Below, one piece after another: positions 1 through 9,101 of a stretch of 46,030 bases of DNA. The translations under genes were made by a program, and so were the position numbers. Source of the stretch: Acidimicrobiales bacterium (GTDB lineage Bacteria; Actinomycetota; Acidimicrobiia; Acidimicrobiales; Bog-793); the NCBI GenBank assembly GCA_035534715.1, contig DATLRJ010000011.1, forward strand, positions 1 to 46,030, given 5' to 3'. How positions within the stretch are numbered: the stretch's first letter is position 1; every line of letters begins with the position of its first letter. The notes below the pieces were generated by a model that was given only the letters and a program-made list of their open reading frames with translations, was not told the origin of the DNA and made no database searches.

Positions 1-1
1 G

Positions 2-355
2 CTGCGCGTCCACTTCCCCGAACCGGGCTTCCTCACGCCACACCTCGAGAGCTGCCTCGCACTGTGGACGGTCGACGAGTTCGAGAAGGAGATCGAGCTG
101 CAGCGCGCGCTCGCGGAGCAAGACGCGGTCAGACGCAACGCCGTACGCGACTGGTCGGCAGCAGTCTTCGAGGCCGAGATCGATCGGCAAGGCAGGATGG
201 CGATCCCCGGGCACCTGCGTGCCTACGCGTCACTCGACCAAGAGGTGCTCGTGGTGGGAATGATCAACCGCGTCGAGCTTTGGTCGCCGCGCCTGTGGGC
301 GCAAAAGGACACCGGCGCCGCGCCGAGCGGCACGTCGGCAGCACCGGCGAGCTGA
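2..355 (+). CDS. mraZ: Transcriptional regulator MraZ, C-terminal part (5' end outside window)
   Basis: Frame 2 is open from the window edge to TGA 353-355. The translation ...FEAEIDRQGRMAIPGHLRAYASLDQEVLVVGMINRVELWSPRLW... matches the second MraZ (SpoVT/AbrB-like) repeat. It sits in the canonical position upstream of rsmH. It is absent from the ORF track because no start codon lies in the window. Confidence 0.85.
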   Translation: MRVHFPEPGFLTPHLESCLALWTVDEFEKEIELQRALAEQDAVRRNAVRDWSAAVFEAEIDRQGRMAIPGHLRAYASLDQEVLVVGMINRVELWSPRLWAQKDTGAAPSGTSAAPAS

Positions 356-498
356 CGGTGGCGGCGGATCCCTGTGTCCGGACCTGTTCCTCGCACCGCC
401 CGGCACGTCGGCCCGGCCGTGCCTTGCCCATCCCCAGCTTCCCGGCCGCCAGGAGGGCCGATCCTCAGACCCCTCTCTCCGCCGGTCTTCGTCTCTCC

Positions 499-518
499 GG
501 CGAGGCGACCGCCTCGCC
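499..518 (+). promoter_or_regulatory. 8-bp perfect hairpin GGCGAGGC-GACC-GCCTCGCC just upstream of the rsmH RBS
   Basis: It was seen directly. It lies within the 182-nt mraZ-rsmH spacer, 6 nt before GGGAGG. Confidence 0.3.
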
Positions 519-537
519 CGCGGCCGGGAGGCTGAGG

Positions 538-1503
538 ATGGGCAACGACTTCACACACGTGCCCGTCATGCTCGACGAGGTGCTCGAGGTCTTCGACGAC
601 CTTCGGGACGGCCTCGCGATCGACGCGACGGTCGGCGGTGCCGGCCATGCGCAGGCGATGCTCGAGGCGCACCCGGGATGGGACCTCGTCGGGATCGACC
701 GGGACCCCGACGCGGTCGCCGCGGCGACGGCGCGCCTCGCTCCATTCGGCACCCGCGCGAGCGTGTACCGCGCACGCTTCGACGACCTGCGTGCCGTCAT
801 CGCGTCGAGCGCGGCCGTCGCCCGCCCGATCGTCGCCGTGCTCTTCGACCTCGGCGTGAGCTCTCACCAGCTCGACCTCGCGGACCGCGGCTTCTCCTAT
901 CGATCGGACGGTCCGCTCGACATGCGGATGGACCCCGACGAGCCGCGTCGCGCAGCGGACGTCGTGAACGGCGAAGGCGAGGGCGCGCTTGCCGCGCTGT
1001 TCACCGAGCACGGCGAGGAGAGGTTCGCCCGGCGCATCGCGAGGGCGATCGTCGCTCATCGACCGGTCGAGTCGACGACACAGCTCGCCGAGATCGTTGC
1101 CGGAGCGATACCGGCCGCGGCGCGCCGGCGCGGCCACCCCGCGCGCCGAGTGTTCCAGGCTCTACGGGTCGCTGTGAACGCGGAGCTCGAGCTGCTCGGG
1201 CCCGCGCTCGACGACGCGATATCCCTCCTCGCGCCCGGCGGGCGCATCGTCGTCCTCGCCTACCACTCTGGCGAGGACCGGCTCGTGAAGCAGCGCTTGC
1301 GGCTCGCGGCGACGGGAGGCTGCGTATGTCCTCCGGGCCTGCCGTGCGCATGCGGGGCGGAGGCGACGGTGCGGCTCCTCACGCGCGGGGCGCGTATGGC
1401 GACGCCGGGGGAGATCGCGGCGAACCGCCGAGCGGAGAGCGTGAGGATGCGCAGCGCGGAGCGGCTCGCGAGTGGTCGTAGCTCGCGAATGGGATGGGCA
1501 TGA
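538..1503 (+). CDS. rsmH: 16S rRNA (cytosine1402-N4)-methyltransferase RsmH/MraW
   Basis: Lies inside track ORF 64..1503. ATG 538 is preceded by GGGAGG at 525-530. The product MGNDFTHVPVMLDEVL..DATVGGAGH..FDLGVSSHQLD..GFSYR..VAVNAEL is typical of RsmH. Confidence 0.9.
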   Translation: MGNDFTHVPVMLDEVLEVFDDLRDGLAIDATVGGAGHAQAMLEAHPGWDLVGIDRDPDAVAAATARLAPFGTRASVYRARFDDLRAVIASSAAVARPIVAVLFDLGVSSHQLDLADRGFSYRSDGPLDMRMDPDEPRRAADVVNGEGEGALAALFTEHGEERFARRIARAIVAHRPVESTTQLAEIVAGAIPAAARRRGHPARRVFQALRVAVNAELELLGPALDDAISLLAPGGRIVVLAYHSGEDRLVKQRLRLAATGGCVCPPGLPCACGAEATVRLLTRGARMATPGEIAANRRAESVRMRSAERLASGRSSRMGWA

Positions 1504-2078
1504 CTGCGACGCAGGCGCGGTCGGCGACATCCGACGCGACGCAGGCGCGCGGGACGAGGCTGCGGACCGACGAGCGTGAGCGGCGCGCCGGTCGCGACCC
1601 CGCGGAGCAGCGCCGAGAGGCCTTCCGCGTCCTCGGGCCGCGCGAGCTCGCAGAGCGGACGCGTCGCCGGCAGGTCGGCCGGCTCGCGGCCGTGTCGGCT
1701 GCCGTGCTCGCTGCGGCTCTCCTGTCGGTCGCCGGCGCCCAGGCGCTCGTCGCGGCCCGACAGGTACGTCTCGACGCGCTCCAGCAGGAGCTCGCGTCCG
1801 CGGTCACGACGAACCAGAGCCTCCAGGTGAGTCGTGCGACCCTCGAGTCGCCGAGCCGGATCGTCTCGACAGCGCAGCGCCGGCTGAGGATGGTCTCGCC
1901 GGGCACCGTCTCGTATCTCGCGCCGGTCGATCCCGGACCGTCGGTCTCGGCCGGCGCAGCGTCGATCCCGATCCCCCCCGCGTCGACACCCTTCCCGCAC
2001 CGCGCGTCCGCCGGTGGCGGTCGCGCCGTGCGGGGCGCTCCCAACCGCCGCGCCCCGAGCGGCGCGGCGCGGGGATGA
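1494..2078 (+). CDS. ftsL: FtsL-like septum formation protein (single-pass membrane, coiled coil)
   Basis: Track ORF 1494..2078. It has one TM segment (LAAVSAAVLAAALLSVAGAQALV) followed by a coiled-coil-like stretch and SPSRI..A..LRM. It sits between rsmH and ftsI. ATG 1500 (ATGA overlap with the rsmH stop) is an alternative start. Confidence 0.55.
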   Translation: MGMTATQARSATSDATQARGTRLRTDERERRAGRDPAEQRREAFRVLGPRELAERTRRRQVGRLAAVSAAVLAAALLSVAGAQALVAARQVRLDALQQELASAVTTNQSLQVSRATLESPSRIVSTAQRRLRMVSPGTVSYLAPVDPGPSVSAGAASIPIPPASTPFPHRASAGGGRAVRGAPNRRAPSGAARG

Positions 2079-3856
2079 GCCGCACGCCGGTAGCGACACG
2101 GGCCGGCGCCGCGCGGCGCACCGCCCCTCCCGGGCCTCGGAACGCGCAGCACGCCCGCCGCAGCCATCGCCATCGGATGCGGCGCCACCGGATCGTGGCG
2201 CTCGGTATCGGGATCGCCCTCGTGTCGCTCGTGCTCAAGCTCGCGGTCGTCCAAGTCCTCGACGGGCCGCGTTACGCGGCGTACGCGGCGAGCGAGGTTC
2301 GTCAGACGGTGACCCTTCCTGCCACGCGCGGAGCGATCTACGACCGATCGGGACGGCTGCTCGCGGCCTCGATGCCGACGGTCGACGTCGTCGCCGACGA
2401 CCTGCTCGTCTCGGGACCCGCGACCGTCGCCTCCGAGCTCGCCCCCTTGCTTGCGTCGCGTGCCGCGTCCCTCGCCGTCGAGCTGTCGCGGCACAGCGGC
2501 TATGTCGTCCTCGCTCGACAGGTCGAGCCGAGCGTCGAGTCGAAGATCGCCTCCCTCGCCATCAACGGGATCACCTTCCAGCCCGACCCGAAGCGCGTCT
2601 ACGTCGACCCGTCCGTGTTCGAGCCTGTTCTCGGAGGCGTCTACGCGTCCGGCCACGGAGACGCCGGGGTCGAGTACGCGTACGACCGGGAGCTGTCGGG
2701 ACGCGCAGGGAGGGAGGTGGTCCCGGAGTCGGCTGCGGGCACGCCGCTGCCCGGGTCGCCCGCGCAGGTCGTCCCCGCACGCCAGGGTTCCGCGCTCGTC
2801 CTCACGCTCGATGAGCCGCTCCAGGTCGAGGCCACGAACGACGTCGCGGCCGAGATGGCGCGGACCGGGGCGCGAAGCGGGATCGCGATCGTCGAGGACG
2901 CGCACACGGGAGCGATCCTCGCGATGGTCGACCTCGTGCGGGGGCCGAAGGGCGCGATCGAGCCCGCGCCGTCGAACCTCGCGCTCACCGCCGTGTACCA
3001 GCCGGGCTCGGTCATGAAGCTGGCGACGTTCTCGTTCGCGCTGCAGGATCGCCTCATCACGCCGCGCTCGACGTTCGTCGTCCCGTACGAGATCGACATC
3101 GGGGGATACTGGTTCCAGGACGCGGAGTTCCATCCCACCCAAGTCATGCCCGCCACCCAGATCCTCGCCCAGTCGTCGAACGTCGGGACGATCAAGGTCT
3201 CGCGCCTTCTCGGTCCCGAGCGTCTCTACCGGGCGCTGCGCACGCTCGGGTTCGGATCGCCGAGCGGTCTCTCGTGGCCCGGGGAGTCGCCCGGGATCAT
3301 CGGGTCGCCGGCGACGTGGTACGGGTCGTCGCTCGGCTCGGTGCCGATCGGCACCGGCGAGGCTGTGACACCGATGCAGGTGCTTGACGCGTACAACGCC
3401 GTCGCGGACGGCGGCGTGCTGCTTACACCCCGGGTCGTCGCGGGGACGGCAGCCGCGGACGGGACCGAGCACCTCGCGACGCACCCGAGTGGCCATCGAG
3501 TGCTCGACGCGTCGACGGTTCGGGAGATCGTCCCGATGCTCGACCTCGTCGTGCAGGACGGGACGGCCGTCCTCGCGCACATCCCGGGCTATACGGTCGC
3601 GGGCAAGACGGGCACGGCGCAGGTCGTGAACGCGACGGGGACCGGTTACGTCCCCGGCGACTGGAACGCGACCTTCGTGGGCTTCGTGCCCGCTCAGGCA
3701 CCCCAGCTGACCGGTATCGTCGTCCTCAACCACCCGACGCCGATCTACGGCGGCTCGGTGTCGGCGCCGGTGTTCGCCGAGATCATGCGATACGCGCTGC
3801 GCCACTTCGGCGTCGCTCCGTCCGCACCGTCGACGACCGTGGCCCCGGCCGGTTGA
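2075..3856 (+). CDS. ftsI: Class B penicillin-binding protein / peptidoglycan D,D-transpeptidase FtsI
   Basis: ATG 2075 overlaps the ftsL stop (ATGA). There is an N-terminal TM (IVALGIGIALVSLVLKLAVV). The transpeptidase motifs GSVMK (SxxK), SSN and KTGT are all present. Confidence 0.9.
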   Translation: MSRTPVATRAGAARRTAPPGPRNAQHARRSHRHRMRRHRIVALGIGIALVSLVLKLAVVQVLDGPRYAAYAASEVRQTVTLPATRGAIYDRSGRLLAASMPTVDVVADDLLVSGPATVASELAPLLASRAASLAVELSRHSGYVVLARQVEPSVESKIASLAINGITFQPDPKRVYVDPSVFEPVLGGVYASGHGDAGVEYAYDRELSGRAGREVVPESAAGTPLPGSPAQVVPARQGSALVLTLDEPLQVEATNDVAAEMARTGARSGIAIVEDAHTGAILAMVDLVRGPKGAIEPAPSNLALTAVYQPGSVMKLATFSFALQDRLITPRSTFVVPYEIDIGGYWFQDAEFHPTQVMPATQILAQSSNVGTIKVSRLLGPERLYRALRTLGFGSPSGLSWPGESPGIIGSPATWYGSSLGSVPIGTGEAVTPMQVLDAYNAVADGGVLLTPRVVAGTAAADGTEHLATHPSGHRVLDASTVREIVPMLDLVVQDGTAVLAHIPGYTVAGKTGTAQVVNATGTGYVPGDWNATFVGFVPAQAPQLTGIVVLNHPTPIYGGSVSAPVFAEIMRYALRHFGVAPSAPSTTVAPAG

Positions 3857-5415
3857 GCACCGCCGCGGTGGACCAGGAGCAGATCGCCGTGCCCATGGAG
3901 CAGAGGTCCGTGCCCCTCGACGTGATCGTCGACCGGGTCGCGCCGCTCGCCACGCTCGGTGACACCTCCGGTGTCGAGGTGACCGGCGTCGTCTTCCGCG
4001 ACGTCGACTCGATGGCTGGCTCGCTCTACTGCTGCATCCCCGGCGAGCGGTTCGACGGGCACGCGTTCGCCTCCGCGGCGCGACGCGCCGGAGCGGTCGC
4101 GTTCCTCTGCGAGCACTCGCTCGGCGACGACGTCGGTGGAGCGGTGCAGCTGGTCGTCCCCCCGGGAGAGGCCCGAGCGGCGATGGCACGGGCCGCGTGC
4201 TCGTTCTACGGTGACCCCGCGACCTCGCTCGCGGTCGTCGGGGTTACGGGGACGAACGGCAAGACCACGACGACCTACCTGCTCCGGTCGATCCTCGACC
4301 AGCACGGGTGGCGTTCGGGCGTCGTCGGCACTCTCGACGGCGCACGGACCACACCGGAAGCGCCCGAGCTCCAGCTCGCGCTCGCGCGCTTTCGTGACAG
4401 CGGCTGCGCGGCTGCAGCGATCGAGGTCACCAGCCACGCGCTGCTCCAGCGGCGCGTCGACGGGATCTGCTTCGACGTCGCGGTATTCACGAATCTCAGC
4501 CAGGACCATCTCGACTTCCACGGCACGATGGAGTCGTACTTCGCCGCGAAGTCGCTGCTCTTCGAGCCTGACCGATCGCGGCTCGCGGTCGTCGACGTCG
4601 ACGACGCCTACGGTCGCCGGCTCGCGGATCGGGCCGGGATCGAGACCGTGACGTACTCGCTGAGCGACGCCGCGGACCTCGAGGTCGCAGCAACCTCGAG
4701 CCGGTTCCTGCTCCGCGGCCGGCCCGTCCGCCTCGGCCTCGGGGGGGCGTTCAACGTCGCCAACGCGCTCGGGGCCGCCGCTGCGGCGCACGCTCTCGGC
4801 GTCGGCGAGGACGCGATCGTCGCTGGCCTCGAGTCGGCGCGAACCGTCCCCGGTCGGTTCGAGATCCTCGAGAGCATCGACGGAGTGACGGTCGTCGTCG
4901 ACTACGCGCACACGCCGGCCGCACTCGAGCAGGTGCTCGGTGCGGCCCGCTCCGCCGTCGTCGAGGGTCCCGCGAGCAGCGCGGCGCCGGCCGAGGGCGT
5001 GGCGCGTGCAGGTCGCGTTGTCGTCGTGTTCGGAGCGGGCGGCGAGCGCGACCGCGGCAAGCGGCCCGCAATGGGCGCGGTCGCCTCGCGCCTCGCAGAC
5101 ATCGTCGTCCTCACCTCGGACAACCCGCGCAGCGAGTCTGCCGCGGCAATCGCAGACGAGATCCGCGCCGGGATATCCGACGGCGCGCGGTGCTACGTCG
5201 AGCTCGACAGGCGAGCCGCGATCGCCTACGCGCTCGAGTCCGCCCGGGGTGGGGACGTCGTCGTGGTCGCCGGCAAGGGGCACGAGGCGAGCCAGCAGCT
5301 CGCGGGACGCTCGCTTCCCTTCGACGACCGAGCGGTCGTGCGCACGGAGCTCGAGCGCCAGGGGCGCGCACTTCCGCGCTGGGCGTCGCCACCGCTCGCC
5401 GGGGGCGCCTCGTGA
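3853..5415 (+). CDS. murE: UDP-N-acetylmuramoyl-L-alanyl-D-glutamate--2,6-diaminopimelate ligase
   Basis: P-loop GVTGTNGKTTT and the DNPR motif (LTSDNPRSE) characteristic of meso-DAP-adding MurE. TTG 3853 overlaps the ftsI stop. In-frame ATG 3895 is an alternative start. Confidence 0.9.
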   Translation: MSTAAVDQEQIAVPMEQRSVPLDVIVDRVAPLATLGDTSGVEVTGVVFRDVDSMAGSLYCCIPGERFDGHAFASAARRAGAVAFLCEHSLGDDVGGAVQLVVPPGEARAAMARAACSFYGDPATSLAVVGVTGTNGKTTTTYLLRSILDQHGWRSGVVGTLDGARTTPEAPELQLALARFRDSGCAAAAIEVTSHALLQRRVDGICFDVAVFTNLSQDHLDFHGTMESYFAAKSLLFEPDRSRLAVVDVDDAYGRRLADRAGIETVTYSLSDAADLEVAATSSRFLLRGRPVRLGLGGAFNVANALGAAAAAHALGVGEDAIVAGLESARTVPGRFEILESIDGVTVVVDYAHTPAALEQVLGAARSAVVEGPASSAAPAEGVARAGRVVVVFGAGGERDRGKRPAMGAVASRLADIVVLTSDNPRSESAAAIADEIRAGISDGARCYVELDRRAAIAYALESARGGDVVVVAGKGHEASQQLAGRSLPFDDRAVVRTELERQGRALPRWASPPLAGGAS

Positions 5416-6452
5416 TCGCGATCTTCACGGCCGGGGGTGTCGCGATACTCGTCGCCGGCTTCGGCACGCCACTCCTGCTCCGCTGGCTCACGAGGCTCAG
5501 CATCGGTCAGCACATCCGTGAGGACGGTCCCGCGATCCACCTCATCAAGGCCGGCACGCCGACGATGGGCGGCATCGCGATGATCGCGGCCGTCGTCGCC
5601 GGCTACGTGCTCGGCCACGTCGGCACGCACATCGAGTTCACCGTGCCTGGATTCCTCGTGATCGCGGCCTTCGTCCTCGGTGGCGGTATCGGGCTCGCCG
5701 ACGACTGGCTGAAGGTCCGGCGCCGCCGGAGTCTCGGCCTCAACAAGCGCGCGAAGCTCGCGTTGCAGGTGCTCCTCGCAGTCGCGTTCGCGCTCGGGTC
5801 GCTCTACTGGGCCCACGCGGGGACGGCGCTCGCGTTCTCCCGGTACGACGTCCCGGGGATCGAGCTCGGCGCGGGCGCCTGGATCGTCTGGGCCGTCTTC
5901 GTCGTCGTGAGCGAGGCGAACGCGGTCAACCTCACCGACGGGCTCGACGTGCTCGCGGCCGGGTCATCGGGGATCGTGTGCACCTGCGTCGCGTTCATCG
6001 GCTACTGGCAGTACCGCCAGTACGCGGTCTACCGGATACCGCGACCCCACGCGATAGACCTCGCGGTCGCGGCGGTATCGATGGCCGGTGCGTGCGTCGG
6101 CTTTCTGTGGTGGAACGCGGCCCCCGCTCGGATATTCATGGGCGACACCGGATCGCTCGCGATCGGCACCGGGCTCGCGTGCCTCGCCCTCGAGATGAAC
6201 ATCGCCCTCCTGCTACCGATCATCGGCGGCCTGTTCCTCGTCGTGACGCTCTCGGTCGTGATCCAGATCGTGAGCTTTCGCGTCTTCCACACCCGCGTGT
6301 TCCGCATGGCGCCGCTCCACCACCACTTCGAGCTCGGCGGTTGGCCCGAGACGACGGTCATCGTGAGGTTCTGGATCTTCGCCGCACTGTGCAGCGGGCT
6401 CGGGCTCGGGGTGTTCTACGCGGACTTTCTCGGCGTCAGGCCGCACGGGTGA
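5412..6452 (+). CDS. mraY: Phospho-N-acetylmuramoyl-pentapeptide transferase
   Basis: Lies inside track ORF 5190..6452. GTG 5412 overlaps the murE stop (GTGA). The product is polytopic with GTPTMGG, NAVNLTDGLDVLA and PLHHHFELGGW motifs. Confidence 0.92.
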   Translation: MIAIFTAGGVAILVAGFGTPLLLRWLTRLSIGQHIREDGPAIHLIKAGTPTMGGIAMIAAVVAGYVLGHVGTHIEFTVPGFLVIAAFVLGGGIGLADDWLKVRRRRSLGLNKRAKLALQVLLAVAFALGSLYWAHAGTALAFSRYDVPGIELGAGAWIVWAVFVVVSEANAVNLTDGLDVLAAGSSGIVCTCVAFIGYWQYRQYAVYRIPRPHAIDLAVAAVSMAGACVGFLWWNAAPARIFMGDTGSLAIGTGLACLALEMNIALLLPIIGGLFLVVTLSVVIQIVSFRVFHTRVFRMAPLHHHFELGGWPETTVIVRFWIFAALCSGLGLGVFYADFLGVRPHG

Positions 6453-7843
6453 CGGGGTCCCGGTCGGCAGCGGACGGCGTCGTCCTTCCCGGACGCGTGC
6501 TCGTCGTCGGGTTCGCGCGCACGGGCGTGGCGGTCGCGGGCGTGCTCCGGCGGAGGGGTGTGACCGTGCTCGCCGTCGACGACGACCCGTCGGCTGCGAC
6601 GTTCGCGACGGCTCGACGGTCAGCGGTCGAGCTCGTCGCCGCGCCGACGCCGGACGAGCTCGCGCGCCTCGCAGGTCGAGCGGAGCTCGTCGTCGTGAGC
6701 CCTGGCGTCCCGCCCTCCCATCCGATCTTCGCGGTCGCGGCCGATGTGCCCGTGATCTCCGAGATCGAGCTCGCGGGCCGGCTCGGCGGGCCGGAGATCA
6801 TCGCGATCACAGGTACCAACGGCAAGACGACCGTCACCTCGCTCGTCGCGTCGATGCTCTCGAAATCCGGTCGCGCCACGCGGGCCGCCGGGAACATCGG
6901 CTACCCGCTCGTCGAGGCCGTGGACGAGCCTGGGCTCGACGTCGTCGTCGCGGAGGTCTCCTCGTTCCAGCTCGCCCTCACGACGAGCTTCCGGCCGTCT
7001 GTCGGAGCGTGGCTCAACCTGGCCGAGGACCACCTCGACTGGCACCGTGACCTCGAGGAGTACGCGGACGCGAAGGGTCGCATCTGGGCAAACCAGGACG
7101 CGCGGGATGTCGCGGTCGCGAACGCCGAGGACGCAGTCGTGCTCGAGCGAGCCCGTCGATCATCGGCGCGGCTCGTCACCTTCGGCGAGCGCTCGGGTGA
7201 CTTCCGAGGCGTGTCCGGCCGCCTCCTCGGGCCGGGGGACCTCGAATGGGCCTCGCTCTCCGACCTGCCGCGCGCAATGCCGCACGACGTCGCGAACTCG
7301 CTCGCCGCGCTCGCCGTCGCGAGCTCCGCGGGCGGGTCTCCCGACGCGTGCCGTGCGGCGCTGCGCGAGGAGGTGCAGCTCCCTCACCGCGTCGAGCTCG
7401 TCGCGACGATCGGCGGCGTCAGGTACGTGGACGACTCGAAGGCGACGACGCCTTCTGCCGTCGTCGCCGCTCTCGCGGGTTTCGATTCGGTCGTGCTTCT
7501 CGCAGGTGGGCGCAACAAGGGCCTCGACCTCGCGGCGATCGCCTCCGCCGCGAGTGCCGGCGGCGCGCGCGGCCGGCGGGTCGCGCGCCTGCGCGGCGTC
7601 GTCGCGATCGGGGAGGCGGCTCGTGAGGTCGAAGTCGCGTTCGCAGGGCTCGCGCCCGTCGTCGGCGCGCCGACGATGCACGACGCGGTCGCGGCAGCCC
7701 GCGATCTCGCCGAGGTGGGCGACGCGGTCCTCCTCTCGCCCGGGTGCGCCTCGTTCGACTGGTACCGGTCGTACGAGGAGCGGGGCGCGGACTTCGCACG
7801 CGAGGTGCGAGCTCTTGTGCCGCTCGGCACCGGGAGAGCCTGA
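6449..7843 (+). CDS. murD: UDP-N-acetylmuramoylalanine--D-glutamate ligase
   Basis: Lies inside track ORF 5978..7843. GTG 6449 overlaps the mraY stop. It has an N-terminal Rossmann-like VLVVGFARTGVAVAG and the P-loop AITGTNGKTTVTS. Confidence 0.9.
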   Translation: MTGSRSAADGVVLPGRVLVVGFARTGVAVAGVLRRRGVTVLAVDDDPSAATFATARRSAVELVAAPTPDELARLAGRAELVVVSPGVPPSHPIFAVAADVPVISEIELAGRLGGPEIIAITGTNGKTTVTSLVASMLSKSGRATRAAGNIGYPLVEAVDEPGLDVVVAEVSSFQLALTTSFRPSVGAWLNLAEDHLDWHRDLEEYADAKGRIWANQDARDVAVANAEDAVVLERARRSSARLVTFGERSGDFRGVSGRLLGPGDLEWASLSDLPRAMPHDVANSLAALAVASSAGGSPDACRAALREEVQLPHRVELVATIGGVRYVDDSKATTPSAVVAALAGFDSVVLLAGGRNKGLDLAAIASAASAGGARGRRVARLRGVVAIGEAAREVEVAFAGLAPVVGAPTMHDAVAAARDLAEVGDAVLLSPGCASFDWYRSYEERGADFAREVRALVPLGTGRA

Positions 7844-7844
7844 C

Positions 7845-9101
7845 GTGGCCGCGACACCCCGCACGCCGGCGCTCCGTCTCCTGCCGGGTCGTGTGTCGGC
7901 AGCTGCGCGCCCGGCGCGCACGGCCTCCCCGGCGCGCACGGCCTCCCCGGCGCGCACGGCCTCCCCGGCGCGCACGGCCTCCCCGGTCGTCGACGAGTCG
8001 CGTCGCGACGCCGCGCTGCTTCGCTTCGTCGTCGCATGCCTGTGCGCGTTCGGGCTCGTGATGGTGCTCGCCTCGTCGTCGGTCGACTCGATCGTGCAGT
8101 ACGGATCGCCCTGGTCGCTGTTCGAGCATCAGGCGATGTGGACGGTGATCGGAACGTTCGTGTTCGCCCTCGGCGCGCGCGTGCGGCTCGAGCGGATCCG
8201 GCGGCTCACGGTGCCTCTTCTCGCCGCGACGACGGGGCTGCTCATCGTCGTGCTTGTGCCGCACCTCGGCAAGACAGCGGGCGGATCCAGTCGGTGGATC
8301 GGATTCGGTCCCTTCACCCTCCAGCCCTCCGAGCTCATGAAGCTCGCGTTCGCGCTGTTCGCGGCCGATCTCGTCGCGCGGCGGGAGCACTCGCTTGACC
8401 ACGCCCGCGACCTCGTGCGTCCCCTCGGGATCGTCCTCGCGTTCGTCGGCGTGCTCATCTTGAAGCAACCCGACATGGGGACCGCGGTCGTGCTCGTCTG
8501 CATGACCGCAGGAGCGTTGTTCGTCGCGGGCCTGGACCGCCGGCTCCTCGGTGCCGCGCTCGTGGTCGCGTCAGTCCTCGGCGGCGGACTCGCGCTCGCT
8601 GTGCCGTACCGCAGGGCACGACTGCTGTCCTTCCTGAACCCGTTCGGCCACGCGTCGACAACCGGTTATCAGGTCGTCCAGTCGCTCGTCACGCTTGGCT
8701 CGGGGCACGTCGCCGGTGCGGGAGTGGGGAGCTCGCCCGCGATCTGGGGATGGTTGCCGAACGCGCAGACCGACTTCGTGTTCGCGGTGGTCGGCAACCA
8801 GCTCGGGCTCGTCGGCTGCGTGCTCGTCGTCGCCACGTTCGCGTTCCTCGGATGGCTCGGCCTTCGTGTCGCGGCGCGTACCGAGGATCGCTTCGCGAGC
8901 CTCCTCGCGGCGACGATCACGTGCTGGGTGGTAAGCCAGGCGATGATCAATATCGGTGGCGTCGTCGGAGCCATGCCCGAGACGGGCATCCCGCTGCCCT
9001 TCGTCACCGCTGGTGGATCTTCTCTCGTCGTGCTGCTCGCCGCGATGGGCCTGCTCGTCAACGTCGCCCGCCATCCGCGCGCCGCGGGGAGCCGCCGATG
9101 A
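7845..9101 (+). CDS. ftsW: SEDS-family peptidoglycan glycosyltransferase FtsW
   Basis: Lies inside track ORF 7047..9101. GTG 7845 lies 1 nt after the murD stop. The product is a multi-TM SEDS protein (..KQPDMGTAVV.., ..LPNAQTDFVFAVVG.., ..GIPLPFVTAGGSS..). The N-terminal cytoplasmic tail carries (ARTASP)x4. Confidence 0.88.
   Translation: MAATPRTPALRLLPGRVSAAARPARTASPARTASPARTASPARTASPVVDESRRDAALLRFVVACLCAFGLVMVLASSSVDSIVQYGSPWSLFEHQAMWTVIGTFVFALGARVRLERIRRLTVPLLAATTGLLIVVLVPHLGKTAGGSSRWIGFGPFTLQPSELMKLAFALFAADLVARREHSLDHARDLVRPLGIVLAFVGVLILKQPDMGTAVVLVCMTAGALFVAGLDRRLLGAALVVASVLGGGLALAVPYRRARLLSFLNPFGHASTTGYQVVQSLVTLGSGHVAGAGVGSSPAIWGWLPNAQTDFVFAVVGNQLGLVGCVLVVATFAFLGWLGLRVAARTEDRFASLLAATITCWVVSQAMINIGGVVGAMPETGIPLPFVTAGGSSLVVLLAAMGLLVNVARHPRAAGSRR
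7911..7982 (+). repeat. Perfect 18-bp tandem repeat x4 (CCGGCGCGCACGGCCTCC) inside the ftsW 5' end
   Basis: Four identical copies at 7911-7928, 7929-7946, 7947-7964 and 7965-7982, plus the partial CCGG. They are in frame and encode (ARTASP)x4. Confidence 0.95.

Noticed and set aside
64-537. N-terminal extensions of track ORFs, for example 64..537 of the rsmH ORF, 5190..5411 of mraY, 7047..7844 of ftsW, 8956..10302 of murC and 21495..21830 of ileS
   Set aside because: The extensions are Arg/Pro-rich and overlap the well-supported upstream gene in another frame. Family-typical N-termini begin at internal starts that coincide with 4-nt stop/start overlaps or an SD.
1379-4189. 936-aa minus-strand ORF antisense to rsmH, ftsL and ftsI
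   Set aside because: Its composition is extremely Arg/Pro/Gly/Ala-rich with no recognisable motifs. It lies opposite genes that have clear catalytic motifs. Long antisense open frames are expected in very GC-rich DNA because stop codons are rare.
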